Assembly (NCBI GenBank): GCA_030390025.1
Contig: CM059432.1
Coordinates: 62,994,001-63,058,000, forward strand
Direction: 5' to 3'
Origin: Squalus acanthias
Lineage: Eukaryota
Length of the DNA: 64,000 nt
The notes beneath the pieces are model-generated. The model was not told where the DNA came from, ran no database searches, and saw only the letters and a list, made by a program, of their open reading frames with translations. A program made the translations under genes and the position numbers. Shown here in pieces: positions 50,236-62,689 of the stretch (the first letter of the stretch is position 1; each line of letters begins with the position of its first letter).

Positions 50236-52232
50236 GGCCGCGATTTCGCCAGCGAAGGCGGGATCGCGGCGGAAGAGGTGGTTGGCGGGTTCCAGTCCCG
50301 CTCCCGGCTGCAGCCGCTCTGTAAAAAGAATTTTCCGTTAATAGGGCTTGTTAAGCCCGCCCTGCGGGGTTTTCGGCCAATTAAAAGTAAGCGGGTCTGA
50401 TGACGCGTCATCAGCCGGTTTCCTTAAAGGGACCATGGCCGCATTCATTTTGACAGTTGTGCTGTCAGTGTTCTGCAGCATTGAGGTGCTGCAAACACTG
50501 ACAAGCACTGCGCAAAGGTGTACGGCTGCACCCAGGCTCTTTCATGACTCCCTCCATATGCTGGGAGGTTCTCTTCCCTTCCAATGGGTGGAAGACACCT
50601 CCCCAGGACACCAACGCAGCCTGGCTGCACATTGCACAGGAGGACACAAGCAGGGATGTCGTCAGGAGTACCTAGCTGCAGTGGCGCAAACCTTTCAATG
50701 ATCTCAGAGAGTGGTGAACCTGTGGAATTCTCTACCACACAAGACAATTGAGGCCAATTCATTAAATATATTCAAGAAGGAGTTAGATATATTTCTCAAG
50801 GCTAAAGGGATCAAGGGATATGGGGAGAAAGCAGGGACAGGGTACTGAATTTGGATGATCAGCCATGATCTCATTAAATGGCGGAGCAGGCTCGAGGGGC
50901 CGAATGGCCTACTCCTGCTCCTATCTTCTATGTTTCTATGTTTCTATGTTAGATCACGAAACGTTACTGCAAAGCCACACTCAACCTCATCCTGCTGTGC
51001 CACTCATCACATCCCCATCACTCTGCCTTCCCTACCCTACTCCTGCACATCCTTACTCACACCAACTTACCTTGCACCTCCACCCATCCCTCTCTATCTA
51101 TCTACATTATCACTTCCCCATCTCACTAGCCACCCCTCACACTCATCCTCATCCTAATGCAATCATACCAATTAACAACACACAAGGGTAGGCACTTGGG
51201 TGTTTTATGCAATGTTCATGTAGATTTTCTGTTAATGTGTTGTCAAACATTGAAATCTTTATTTTCAACAGTTTGCCTTATTGTACAGTTCTGTGCTCAC
51301 CTTTGGAAGTGTCTTAGTGAGTTGCAGTGAATGGTGAGACATAACGGTATCCCCCACAATGGTGATGAGTGTGAAAGGAATGGTTTGGTCATTGTAGCAA
51401 TGCTTTATGGTGCTGGTGTGGGGTGGTGTTAACCTGGCGCATCATGTGGCAGCCAGGGTGTACAGCGTCAAGTGAAGTAAATCTGGCCATGGTGATGCCA
51501 TCGCTGGCCTCCCGGGCAACAATGTTGTCGGGTGCTGATGCCCTGTGTCCTGTGCAGCATCAGGTGATTGTGGAGAAGGTTGGTATTGTTGTTGGTGATG
51601 TTGGTGTGCCTGGTGATGTTGGTCTTAGGGCTGATCGTGGAGGGATTCAGAGGACCAAGGTGAGATTTTTTCAAGGGCACCGATGTTGCTGGAATAGATG
51701 GCAGCTGAATTGAGATGACAGAAGTGATCTGTCAATGGTGAGAGAGCTTGCTCCAAGGAGGTGACAGTGGATAGAGAGTTTACTCCAAACCTTCCAAACT
51801 GCATAAAGCTCAAAAGTGTCTTCCAAGTCCTGAAGGCTCAAGCTTCTGACATTGGAAAGTGACCAGCTGTGAAATGGTAGCTTTCATACAACTTTTGCAG
51901 CTGTCACCGATTCACAGCAATGGGCAGACATAGAGAACCCGACCTACTTCCCTGACTTGATCTCCAAATGACGTGAACCCCGTTAAAAATGTGGTAAAAT
52001 AGTAAAAGGCTGGCAAAATAGTAGTTAACAAGCACTTAACATGCAGTTAAGTATCTTAAATGCCTCCCCCGCCGCTTGGTGTCGGGTCTGTTCTGAAATC
52101 GCAGACCCGACACTTTGGAAACTTATATGGAGGTGGGTTTGCAGTCTGTTCCCAACCCGCTGTCAATCATTTCGATTTTGACAGTGGACCCGCTTCCAAA
52201 CCCGCACTCTGAGCGCCGGCAAAATTCAGCCC
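50236..52232 (+). mobile_element. Non-autonomous Harbinger with an internal CR1 3' fragment (~50705-50949)
   Basis: TIRs GGCCGCGATTTCGCC ... GGCAAAATTCAGCCC, TSD TTA; homologous to 6119-7843. Confidence 0.85.
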
Positions 52233-52489
52233 TTAGTGTTGTTAATGCACAAAGGGGAGTCGCTGAGGATTCTGCTGACCCTTCATTAACATACCGGTGG
52301 TGCGTGCCCAGTGTGATTTACTTCAAGTGGCCGAGTGGATGGGGGAGCAGGATTTCCTGAGCAGTAGCACAAAAGTGCAAAAGCACAATAAAGCAGCACC
52401 TGCACTCCGTCTTGGCTGCAAGTTGTTGAATTCTGTGTTTACTGGTCTGTATTGTGTTGTGAGGAGCCAGGTATCTGCCAGTTCACTGG

Positions 52490-52720
52490 GGGAGAGAAGA
52501 CAGCTCCCTTTTATGAGAGTGCCCTGCAGGGCTCGCTGAGAGAGGTGATGGTAAGCAGACGTACCATTTTTGAGTGTGAAGGCCATCCTCCTCAGCGAGC
52601 TGCAGTTAGGGCTGCCTGGGAAGAGCTGGTTGAGCAAGTCAACTCATGTCTGCAGTAAACAGGTCACCCTCCCAGATGGGGAAGAAATTCAACCCCTGAC
52701 AAAGTTTTCCAAGATAAGAG
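52490..52720 (+). pseudogene. Old Harbinger Myb/SANT exon remnant
   Basis: RRTIFECEGHPPQRAAVRAAWEELVEQVNS resembles the other Myb/SANT exons in the window. Confidence 0.5.
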
Positions 52721-53480
52721 AATCCTGCAGTTATCTCAACAGTGCTGCAAAGGCTTGTCTACAACACACACGCAAACCTTCCCCTCAAGCAGCTACATAC
52801 TCACATGGGATGCTTTCCTCTCTTTTATGCACCATTTTATTCTCTCCAACACAAGTAAATGGCAATCTATATTCCAGCATTACACCTTTCACCTTCCCGG
52901 GTAAACCTTTACTGAGTGTGAGTAGGGCTATTAAAATCTCCCACAATACTACCTATTCTTGCACTCTTGTTTTGGAAGCACAGTGGCCAATTGCATAGCT
53001 ACATCAGGGCTTAAGAAATAGTCACCATATCAACAATTTATTTATGATTGCAGTCCGCAACAGAAGGGAGTTTTTCAAACTGGAAGGGGCCACACCAGAT
53101 CTCAAGCCCTTGACATGTCTGGAAGAGCTGACCCTGGACAGAGTGGGCCACTGCTCTGTGGTCCCCTTTGAAGCGGGCATGCATGTAGTGCACCTGCCTG
53201 TGCTCCTGACTATAAAACTCCTCTTCATTCTCCATAGCCCCTGAGGGTGAGCAGAATTCACAAAGCAATGCCCATGCTATCCACCGTGTACTTTACCTAT
53301 TTCAGGCGAATTACATTCAATGGTAGGGGAACAAAACTTAAATTCAATACCAAAAAACCCAACTAATTAAAGATTTAATCCTAAAAAAACGATGGGGTTA
53401 AAATTAATCTCGGGCAGTAGTACAAAACGGGTGATAGCGAATCGGCAGCCCATTTTACACTCCGTCCAATTTTCTTTCTC

Positions 53481-53849
53481 TTAGAGGGCTTGACAGGGTA
53501 GATGCTGAGAGGCTGTCTCCCTTGGCTGGAGAGTCTAGTACTAGGGGGCCTAGTCTCAGGATAAGGAGTCGGCCATTTAAGACTGAGATAAGGAGGAATT
53601 TATTCGCTCATTGGTTTGCGAATCTTTGGAATACTCTACTCCAGAGGGCTGTGGAGGCTCAGTCGATGAGTATATTCAAGACTGAGATCGTTAGATTTTT
53701 GGGCACTAAGGGAATCAAGGGATATGGGGATAGTGCGGGAAAGTGGAGTTGAGGTAGAAGATCAGCCATGATCTTATTGAATGGCGGAGCAGGCTCGAGG
53801 GGCCATATGGCCGACTCCTGCTCCTAGTTCTTATGTTATGTTCTTATGT
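53481..53849 (+). mobile_element. CR1 3' fragment
   Basis: ESSTRGPSLRIRSRPFKTEIRRN...NLWNTLLQRAVEA and a cttatgtt tail. Confidence 0.9.
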
Positions 53850-55348
53850 TTAATGGGATGAAAATTAGGCGGAGTGTAAAATTTGTTATCACCCATTTTA
53901 CCCTACTGCCCAAGACGGATTTCACCCCCAGTGAACCTGAACTTCTGCTGGGGTTCTACCTCCAGGGAAATGGCATAAATGGGCTTCTGCTGGTCTCCCA
54001 CTGGAGTTACAGTGGGAGTCTGGTAGAACCCCGGTGGAATTTCAGGGCCTACAAGCCAACAAAAGTGCAATTTAAAGAAAGGGAAAATATCCAAAACTTG
54101 CTCTGCAAAAAGCTGGGGAGTACAGCTTTGAAGGTACTTATTGGGGCTGTGTGCCTGCAGGATAATGCTTCACTTCAATATTTAATGGTACACAGTGCTG
54201 GCCTTGCACAAGTGGTGAAATGCATCAGAATGTCAGGGCACATGCCCCAAATGAATGCTCAAACAGGGCTTGCACCAAGGACAATATAATCCCTTCATCC
54301 TCGTGTGAGCCCGACGGAAAACCAAGGGCAGAAATCAGTGTAAAAATGAGCACAAGGCATCTTCCTCCTGGTTTTCTGCTGCCCTTGTGCTCCCAATGCA
54401 TTGGAGGGGATTTTCACCCTTGAGTTTCAATCAATGGGGTAGATAAAGTAACATGACTTTGAGGAACCATTTACACTACACTGGGGTCACTTCCATACTC
54501 CTCTACAGGTTAAGATTACAAGGCTGAGTCCAGATACCGCCAGAGTCATGTTCACAGTTTCTGTAGCAGGGAGGCAGAAAATTGCCCTTAGTATTTTACC
54601 CAGTCTGATAGAAATATCTCAGTGTAGATGGGATTTTAGATTCTGTTCGGTGCCTGAGCAAAAGTCATGTTTACACTGCAAAGTTGCATTGAGTTGAGAT
54701 TGGAATGAGCCCAGATGGATGTGTGTCCCCTCCACTTCTGAAAACAACAGGAGATTCGCATTAGGAATTTGTACCCAGTCTGATGTGAATCTACTATTTC
54801 ACAGCTAACCTCAAATCCGATACCCAGAGGTGGGAGTTTTTGCAACTTCAAACGAGGCTGGGAGTGAATAGTGCCACACGGTTTACATTAGCAAGCCCAC
54901 TACGAATGTGAAGCAGCTGCAAATTCACATCTGTAGTGTAAACACGCGGAGGAGATCAAAGGCTGCATTTGGCACATGAGAAACAATGGGTACATTCAAG
55001 AAACGGTTTTAGATTAAGGACATATCCTATGACAGCAGTAATTACAATATGTCTGAAATTGATTCTAAACACGTTATTTTCTTCCATTTTGCGAAATGTA
55101 GCCAACTAGAGTAATAACGTGTTTGTCAAAGTCCCAAATTACTGTGTTTTGACAACTGAAACACCCTTTCCTTATAATGCAAAAAAAATTGTGACATTTT
55201 GATCTGTGTAACTTAGTGGGGGGGAAGATATGACAATACAATACACAGAACCTTTTTTAGTTTGCAGCAGTATACGTGTGTGTTGGGGTGTTTCGTGTGT
55301 GTGTATGGTGAGGGGAGGCGAGGTGAAGGGGTCATACACCCACACATT

Positions 55349-56549
55349 GGGGGCGATTTTCAAGTGCCGTCCAGAACATGCGCAAAGTTGGTGGAGAAGC
55401 TGTTCAGTCCACCCTTTAGTGCCTGTATGAGGCCTGGGCCTCATTAAGAGCATAAAAAATAGGAGCAGGAGTAGGCCCTACGGCCTATCGAACCTACTCC
55501 ACAATTCAATAAAATCATGGCTGATCTTCTACATCAATTTCACTTTCCTGCACTGTCCCCATATCCCTTGATTCCCTTAGTGTTGAAAAATCTATCGATC
55601 TCAGTCTTGAATATACTCAACGACTGAGCCTCTACAGCCCCCTGGGGTAGTGAATTCCAAAGATTCACAACGCTCTGAATGAAGAAATTTCTCCTCATCT
55701 CAGTCTTAAATGGCCAACCCCTTATCCTGAGACTATGGCCCCTAGTTCTAGACTCTCCAGTCAGGTTAAAGAGCCTCTAAGCATCTACTCTGTCAAGCCC
55801 TCTAAGAATTTTATATGTTTCAATGAGATCACCTCTCATTTTTCTAAACTCCGAGGAATATAGGCCCATTCTACTCAATCTCTCCTCATAGGACAGCCCT
55901 CTCATCCCAGGAATCAACCTAACGAACCTTCATTGCACCCCAACTAAGGCAAGTATATTCTTCCTTAGGTAAGGAGACCAAAGCTGGCAAGCTGCGGGGC
56001 CAAGCGGGGGCTCTGGGGCAGCTCACCAGTTCTGGGAAGGTGTGAAATCGTCCGGCTTCCACACTGAGCCAGCCAGCAGAATAGGTCTGGCAGGTGGGGG
56101 ATGTGGAAGAAGACGATCCGAGGGAACCTCAAATGGGCTGGAGTCCTCCTGCTCCTCCAGGAAACAAATAAAAAATTAAAGTTTCCTGGGGAGCCATATC
56201 TGGATGCGGCCACTGGTGGTCTCTTTAAGGACCGCTGGTTAGGCCGCTCAACACCTGGTACAAATGGGTGGACTGTACACGGCACATGCTCTGGCCGTTT
56301 GTAGCTTTAAATGGCAATCGGGTATCCTAAAACCAGTGTAGGACCACAATTTGCATATTTAGGTAGCCCCCCCACCTGTTTCAGATGGGCAGGCTGCTCG
56401 CTTATTTACAGACCCTCCTGAAAATTGCATCAGGCAGGCCTTGGGCATTAATGGTGCAGCTGAGGTATGTCCCCCCACCTCCAATTTTCTATTGCTGGCC
56501 GCCCGTTTTCAGACAAGAAATGGGTGGCTGGCAGTTCAAAATCACCCCC
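55349..56549. mobile_element. Harbinger MITE containing a minus-strand CR1 3' fragment (~55446-55984)
   Basis: TIRs GGGGGCGATTTT ... AAAATCACCCCC, TSD ATT. Confidence 0.75.
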
Positions 56550-56759
56550 ATTACTTCTCAGTATTTTATAAAATTTGCTTACATTTATTATTATTGCGGT
56601 TTGGGTTTATTTGCACCAATTTCTCATCAATGGCCTAATGACAGCTTTTATAACGAGACTCTGTCTGATCTGAAATCGGTATTTATGACAACCTACAAAA
56701 CCAACAACAGCTGACCAATGTTTTAAAGAAAAGTGACAGAGCCCCCAAAAAGCCCACAG

Positions 56760-59424
56760 TAGAGAGAAAGGATCTTAGCTCCGAAAATCAAGAAGTAGAA
56801 TCAGTTTGGGTGGAGCTAAGAAACAGCAAGGGGCAGAAAACATTGGTGGGAGTTGTTTATAGGCCCCCAAACAGTAGTTGTAATGTAGGGCAGAGTATAA
56901 ATCAGGAAATTAGAGGTGCATGTAACAAGGGTAATACAGTAATCATGGGGGACTTTAATCTACATATAGACTGGGCAAACCAAATTTGCAGTAATAGTGT
57001 GGAGGACGAATTCATGGAATGTATATAGGATTGTTTTCTAGATCAGTACGTTGAGGAACCAACTAGGGAACAGGCTATTTTAGATCTAGTATTGTGCAAA
57101 GAGAAAGGGTTAATTAACCTTGTCGTAAAGGGTCCTTTAGGGAAGAGTGGCCATAATATGATAGAATTTTATATTGAGTTTGAAAGTGATTTAGTTAAAT
57201 CTAAACAAAGCAAACTACATAGGTATGAGGGGCGAGTTGGCTAAGGTAGATTGGGAAACTACATTAAAAGGTATGACGGTAGACAAGCAATGGCTAGCAT
57301 TTAAAGAATGAATACATAATTTACAACAAATATACATTCCTTTAAGGCACAAAAACCCCACAGGAAAAGTGGTCCAACCATGACTAACAAGAGAAGTTAA
57401 AGATAGTATTAGATCAAAGAAAGAGGCTTATAATGTTGCCAAAAAGGGTAGTAAGCCTGAGGATTGGGAGGATTTTAGAATTCAGCAAAGGAGGGCCAAG
57501 AAATTGATAAAGAAAGGGAAAATAGAATATGAAAGTAAACTAGCGAGAGACATAAAAACAGACTGTAAAAGCTTCTATAGGTACGTAAAAAGGAAATGAT
57601 TAGCAAAAGTGAATGTGGATCCCTTACAGGCTGAGACAGGAGAAATTATAATGGGGAATAAGGAAATGGCAGAGAAATTAAACAAATACTTTGGCCAGAA
57701 TTTTGCCGGCGCTCAGGGGGCGGGTTTGGAGGCGGGACCTCTGGCAAAATCGCAAAGATTGACAGCGGGCAGGAAACCCACTGTCAACCCACCTCCAATC
57801 AATCTTCCCAAGTGTCGCGTCCCCGATTTGCGCATGGACTCAACACCTAGCGGCGGGAAGAGGATTATAGCCACTTAACTGCCTGTTAAAGGTTGTTAGC
57901 AGGCAGTTAACAGGCTCTTTTTCAAATTTGACATTTCTACTTCGGGCTTCCCAATGTCCGGACACCACGCCAGGTAAGTGTGGCGTGTTGTGAGTCTGCT
58001 GTAATGTTTATGCATTGATGATAGCTGCAGAAGTGGTGTGAAGGATCCAATGGTGCACTGGTGAGTTTCAGAGGTAAGAAAATGTTGGGAAATTCATTTT
58101 TAATGCATTTAGACTTTTCTGTAGGTAACAAGTTTTGAATTGTATGTCTAGTCCCACCTCATTGGGAGAACCTCTCTCTCCAGTGACAGATCGCTTCTGT
58201 AACCTCACCTGCAGCTGCCATCTGTTCTAGCCTAAGGAGGGAGTCACTGGAGAGAAATCAGCTGTCAAAAAGAAATTGTGTGTGGTTCCTTTAAGAAAAC
58301 CGGCAGATGACGCGTCATCAAATGACATCCTCTGACTGGCTTCATCTTAATTGGCCCGCAAGCTCACAGGGTGGGCTGAACAAGGCCAATTGACGTAAAA
58401 TCACATCTGTGGGCCGGAACCCGGAAGCCACCTGACCTGCTCCCAAGCCGCATCGATCGAGAAAATTGCGGCCTTTGTTTCTGTCTTCACGGAAGAAGAC
58501 GCAAAAAACTTCCCGGAAATAGTGGAGAACCAAGGGTCTAGCGAGAATGAGGAACTGAAAGAAATTAGTATTAGTAAAAAAATAGTACTGGAAAAATTAA
58601 TGAGACTGAAAGCCCATAAATCCCCTGAACCTAATGATCTACATCCTAGGATTTTGAAAGAGGTGGCTATAGAGATAGTGGATGCATTGGTTGTCATCTT
58701 CCAAAATTCCATAGATTCTAGAACGGCTCCCGTGGATTGGAAGGTAGCAAATGTAACCCCACTCTATAAGAAGGAGGGAGAGAGAAAACGGGCAACTACA
58801 GACCAGTTAGCCTGACATCAGTAGTAGGGAAAATGCTAGAATCTATTATTTAGGACGTGGTAACAGGGCACTTAGAAAATAATAATAGGATTGGGCAGAG
58901 TTAACATGGATTTATGAAAGGGAAATCATGTTTGACAAATCTGTTCGAATTTTTTGAGGTTGTAACTAGCAGAATAGATAAGGGGGAACCAGTGGATGTG
59001 GTGCATTTGGATTTTCCGAAGGCATTCGATAAGGTGTCACACAAGAGGTTATTAAACAAAATTAGGGCTCATGGGATTGGGGGTAATATACTAGCATGGA
59101 TTGAGGATTAGTTAATGGACAGAAAACAGAGAGTAGGAATAAACGGGTCATTTTTGGGTTGGCAGACTGTAACTAGTGGGGTACCGCAAGGATCAGTGCT
59201 TGGGCCTCAGCTATTCACAATCTATATCAATGATTTGGATGAGGGGACCAAATGTAATATATCCAAGTTTGCTGATGATACAAAGCTGGGTGGGAATGTA
59301 AGTTGTGAGGAGGATGCAAAGAGGCTTCAAGGGGATATAGACAGGCTAAGTGAGTGGGCAAGAACATGGCAAATGGAATATAATGTGGAGCCTACTCCTG
59401 CTCCTATTTCTTATGTTCTTATGT
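56760..59424 (+). mobile_element. CR1 LINE (family B-like) ORF2 remnant with an internal 3' deletion
   Basis: APE (YRPPNS, GDFN) and RT (GVPQGSVLGP, FADD) motifs with many stops; jumps to the tail at ~59388. Confidence 0.93.
57693..58473 (-). mobile_element. Harbinger MITE inserted in CR1
   Basis: TIRs GGCCAGAATTTT ... AAAATTGCGGCC, TSD TTT; the CR1 reading frame rejoins across it. Confidence 0.9.
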
Positions 59425-60382
59425 AATGGCCCTGATTATAAGCCTGTAAAATGTAAAAACAAGTCTTTACACACGTTAGTAACTGACCTATAGACATAGC
59501 CAATAAGGTAGATTTTCTGAGCCTTTGTCCGCTGCTAGCTCATATCAGAAAATCACAGGCAGTGCACCCCCAATCTTCTGATAGACGCTGGTGACAGGTA
59601 AATATTCAAAAGCTCTACCTTAACTTTCTCTTGTATTGGAGGAAAAAAATCTATAAGTAAAGGAAAGCCCCAAAGGGGAAATATGAATGTCAAAGGCCCA
59701 AGATTTAATTTCCGGTGGGAAAAAGTGACATTTACTGAATTTTATTGGAAAATTCTTCTCTTTTTGTGATTTGACAATTAATTATCCTTCTTTATATTTT
59801 AAGACCTCTTTCCTACATTACAACAGTGACTACACTTCAAAATGTACTTCAATGGCTTTAAAGCGCTTTGGGACGTCCGATGATCGTGAAAGTCTTTCCT
59901 TTCCTTTAAGTCTTTCCTTTTTCTCCCAATACTAACAAATAATCTATTAATGGGAGACTTTAAAAAAAATAGTTTTTTTTTTTAATTGCCTAATAATAAA
60001 TAAATGTTTTGAATACTGTCTTATTCATCGTGAAATCATTTGTCGGGTTTCTCGACAGTTTAGAATTGTTGTTCGTTGCAAAAATGAACTCCTCTGCACT
60101 TAATGCCAACTTGTGGTGCATATCTTGGGAGTTTAGGGCAAGGCTGTCATGGAAAATTTTGATTCTTTTTTACTTTAAAAATGGTGCATTCTAGTTCATT
60201 TTAATACTTTATGCTTCACAATTGATAAAACTTTAATCTCAAGAATGAAGATCAAGGTGATATTTGGGTTTTTAACAGACCAATCAGACCATGACTACCC
60301 AAACATTATTTCAATAGGCACTATACCTCATGCCATCCTTCCACCCCAGCTGACAAAAGCACTCTAACCCTTCCGCAGCTAG

Positions 60383-61156
60383 TTCACAGAGACAGTGTAG
60401 CCCCACTCCATTCACAGAGACAGTGTACCCCTGCTATATTCACAGAGAGAGTGTACCCCTGCTCTATTCACAGAGACAGTGTAGCCCCGCTCTATTCACA
60501 GAGACAGTGTAGCCCCGCTCTATTCACAGAGACAGTGTAGCCCTGCTCTATTCACAGAGACAGTGTAGCCCCGCTCTATTCACAGAGACAGTGTAGCCCT
60601 GCTCTATTCACAGAGACAGTGTAGCCCTGCTCTATTCACAGAGACAGTGTAGCCCCGCTCTATTCACAGAGACAGTGTAGCCCTGCTCTATTCACAGAGA
60701 CAGTGTAGCCCTGCTCTATTCACAGAGACAGTGTAGCCCCGCTCTATTCACAGAGACAGTGTAGCCCCGCTCTATTCACAGAGACAGTGTACCCCCGCTC
60801 TATTCACAGAGACAGTGTAGCCCCGCTCTATTCACAGAGACAGTGTAGCCCCGCTCTATTCACAGAGACAGTGTAGCCCTGCTCTATTCACAGAGACAGT
60901 GTAGACAGTGTAGCCCCGCTCTATTCACAGAGACAGTGTACCCCCACTCTATTCACAGAGACAGTGTAGCCCTGCTATATTCACAGAGACAGTGTAGCCC
61001 TGCTCTATTCACAGAGACAGTGTAGCCCTGCTCTATTCACAGACACAGTGTAGCCCTGCTCTATTCACAGAGACAGTGTACCCCCACTCTATTCACAGAG
61101 ACAGTGTAGCCCTGCTCTATTCACAGAGACAGTGTAGCCCCACTCTATTCACAGAG
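60383..61156. repeat. 28-bp minisatellite, about 27 copies
   Basis: Tandem unit TTCACAGAGACAGTGTAGCCCYGCTCTA with no spacers. Confidence 0.97.
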
Positions 61157-61161
61157 TCAAT

Positions 61162-61512
61162 GGGCTGGATTTTCAATGACCCGTGGAGTCGGGTTTGGAG
61201 GTGTGTGGGGGGTTAAAGTAGCAGATTTGGGGGTCCCGACCCCATCCCGACTCCAACACGCCGCGATTTTGACAAAATGGGGTCGCGGGGATCCTGACTC
61301 CGTCCCGCCTCCAAGAGGCGGGAGAGGCCATTAAAGCCCTTAAGAAGCCCTAAATTGGCTCAGTAATGCCGTCTTGAAACGTTTTAGCTATTTTAACCCT
61401 TTTCCGACGTGAAGTACGCCTGATGTGAAACACTCCAGTGAAACCTGGCGGTAGCACAAGTGGATAGCCTCTGATGCTGCTGCATTGAATGTCTTCAGAG
61501 ACTGCCTGGGAG

Positions 61513-61557
<45 letters not shown>

Positions 61558-61558
61558 T

Positions 61559-61593
<35 letters not shown>

Positions 61594-61863
61594 ATCCAGC
61601 ATTTTGCATCCAGGTTGTCTCACAGGAAAGTCCAGGCAATCTCTGAGACCAGTCCAGACAGTCTCTGACCTACAATGATGACATCATCAGAGACGACTTT
61701 CAGACTGAAACCACTAATTGATTCATGGGTTCCCACATGCTGGAACTCAACTGCCCAATTAAGTGAAAATTGCATCAATCTCCCACATCCAATTTCAGGC
61801 GGGTAGATAACACGAAATGCAGATGACACGACCCCAACCCGACCCCAAGACAAAATCCAGCCC
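61162..61863. mobile_element. Harbinger MITE with an internal (CT)n microsatellite at 61515-61592
   Basis: TIRs GGGCTGGATTTT ... AAAATCCAGCCC. Confidence 0.8.
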
Positions 61864-62232
61864 ATTATCTCCTCCTCCAACCCTTCCAGTTCATGCTCGC
61901 GCTCTCCTTTCACCCCAGTTCAAACTGGTGTTTTCTCTCTCCCTCCATTTCAGTTGATGCTGCCACTCTACTTATTCCACTAACCCTAAGTGCTTCTTCC
62001 AGCTTCTCCTCATTTCTCTCCCAAAGCATTAATCCTGGCTTCACTATTGCAGAGTGCTGGTCCCAGCTTCTCCCCCTTATAGGAATGTACAGGATCAGAA
62101 TAAAAGCATTGCAGTCCAGCTGGCCCATCCCAGAAAAGCTCATGGCTACTCCCCCCTCCCCCCCCCTCAAAGTGCCACTCCTAGTTTCTTTCCTCTTCCC
62201 ATTGTTCCCTCCCTCTTCACTTCCCCCCCTCC

Positions 62233-62610
62233 TAGAGTTGCCAATCCTCCAGGATTGCGCTAGTGTCTCCAGGAATTAAGGACTAGTCTCCAGGACACTG
62301 CTATGAGCAGCCCCAGTGAAAAACAATGGCGGCATTAAAAAATGTGTTTTTAAAAAAGAATTCTTTGAACACTTTGATTGTTGGTTATAAAAATATTTGA
62401 GATGAGAAACAAGGCTGTTTGCGAGTCAAAGAGCATCCAACCGGGTAATGAAGTGTCTGTTCACTTTCAGATTGGTGTGGGACGGCAGTGCGTCGTGAGG
62501 ATGGACGTGTTGAATGACCAATGGCAGCAGTGTGGAGGTGGGGCGGTTCGAGGCAGGAGGTCATGTGATGACACCTCCAGGAATATGTCCAACCAGAGTT
62601 GGCAACCCTA
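62233..62610. mobile_element. hAT-superfamily MITE (Blackjack-like termini)
   Basis: TIRs TAGAGTTGCCAA ... TTGGCAACCCTA, perfect 8-bp TSD CCCCCTCC. Confidence 0.85.
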
Positions 62611-62689
62611 CCCCCTCCCCTTTAATTCCCCCTTCCTTCTGCCCCCAGTGCAGGAATTCCTGTTCTAGTGTGAATTTTCACCCATACAT

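Noticed and set aside
59480..59660. Further minus-strand host exon (DFFPPIQEKVK...)
   Set aside because: An acceptor-like site is present, but donors are weak and all frames hit stops shortly after; support is insufficient.
60383..61156. CRISPR array
   Set aside because: The 28-bp units are head-to-tail with no unique spacers, there are no cas genes, and the context is vertebrate.
61350..61639. ER-repeat protein ORFs
   Set aside because: They are translations of a (CT)n microsatellite inside a MITE.
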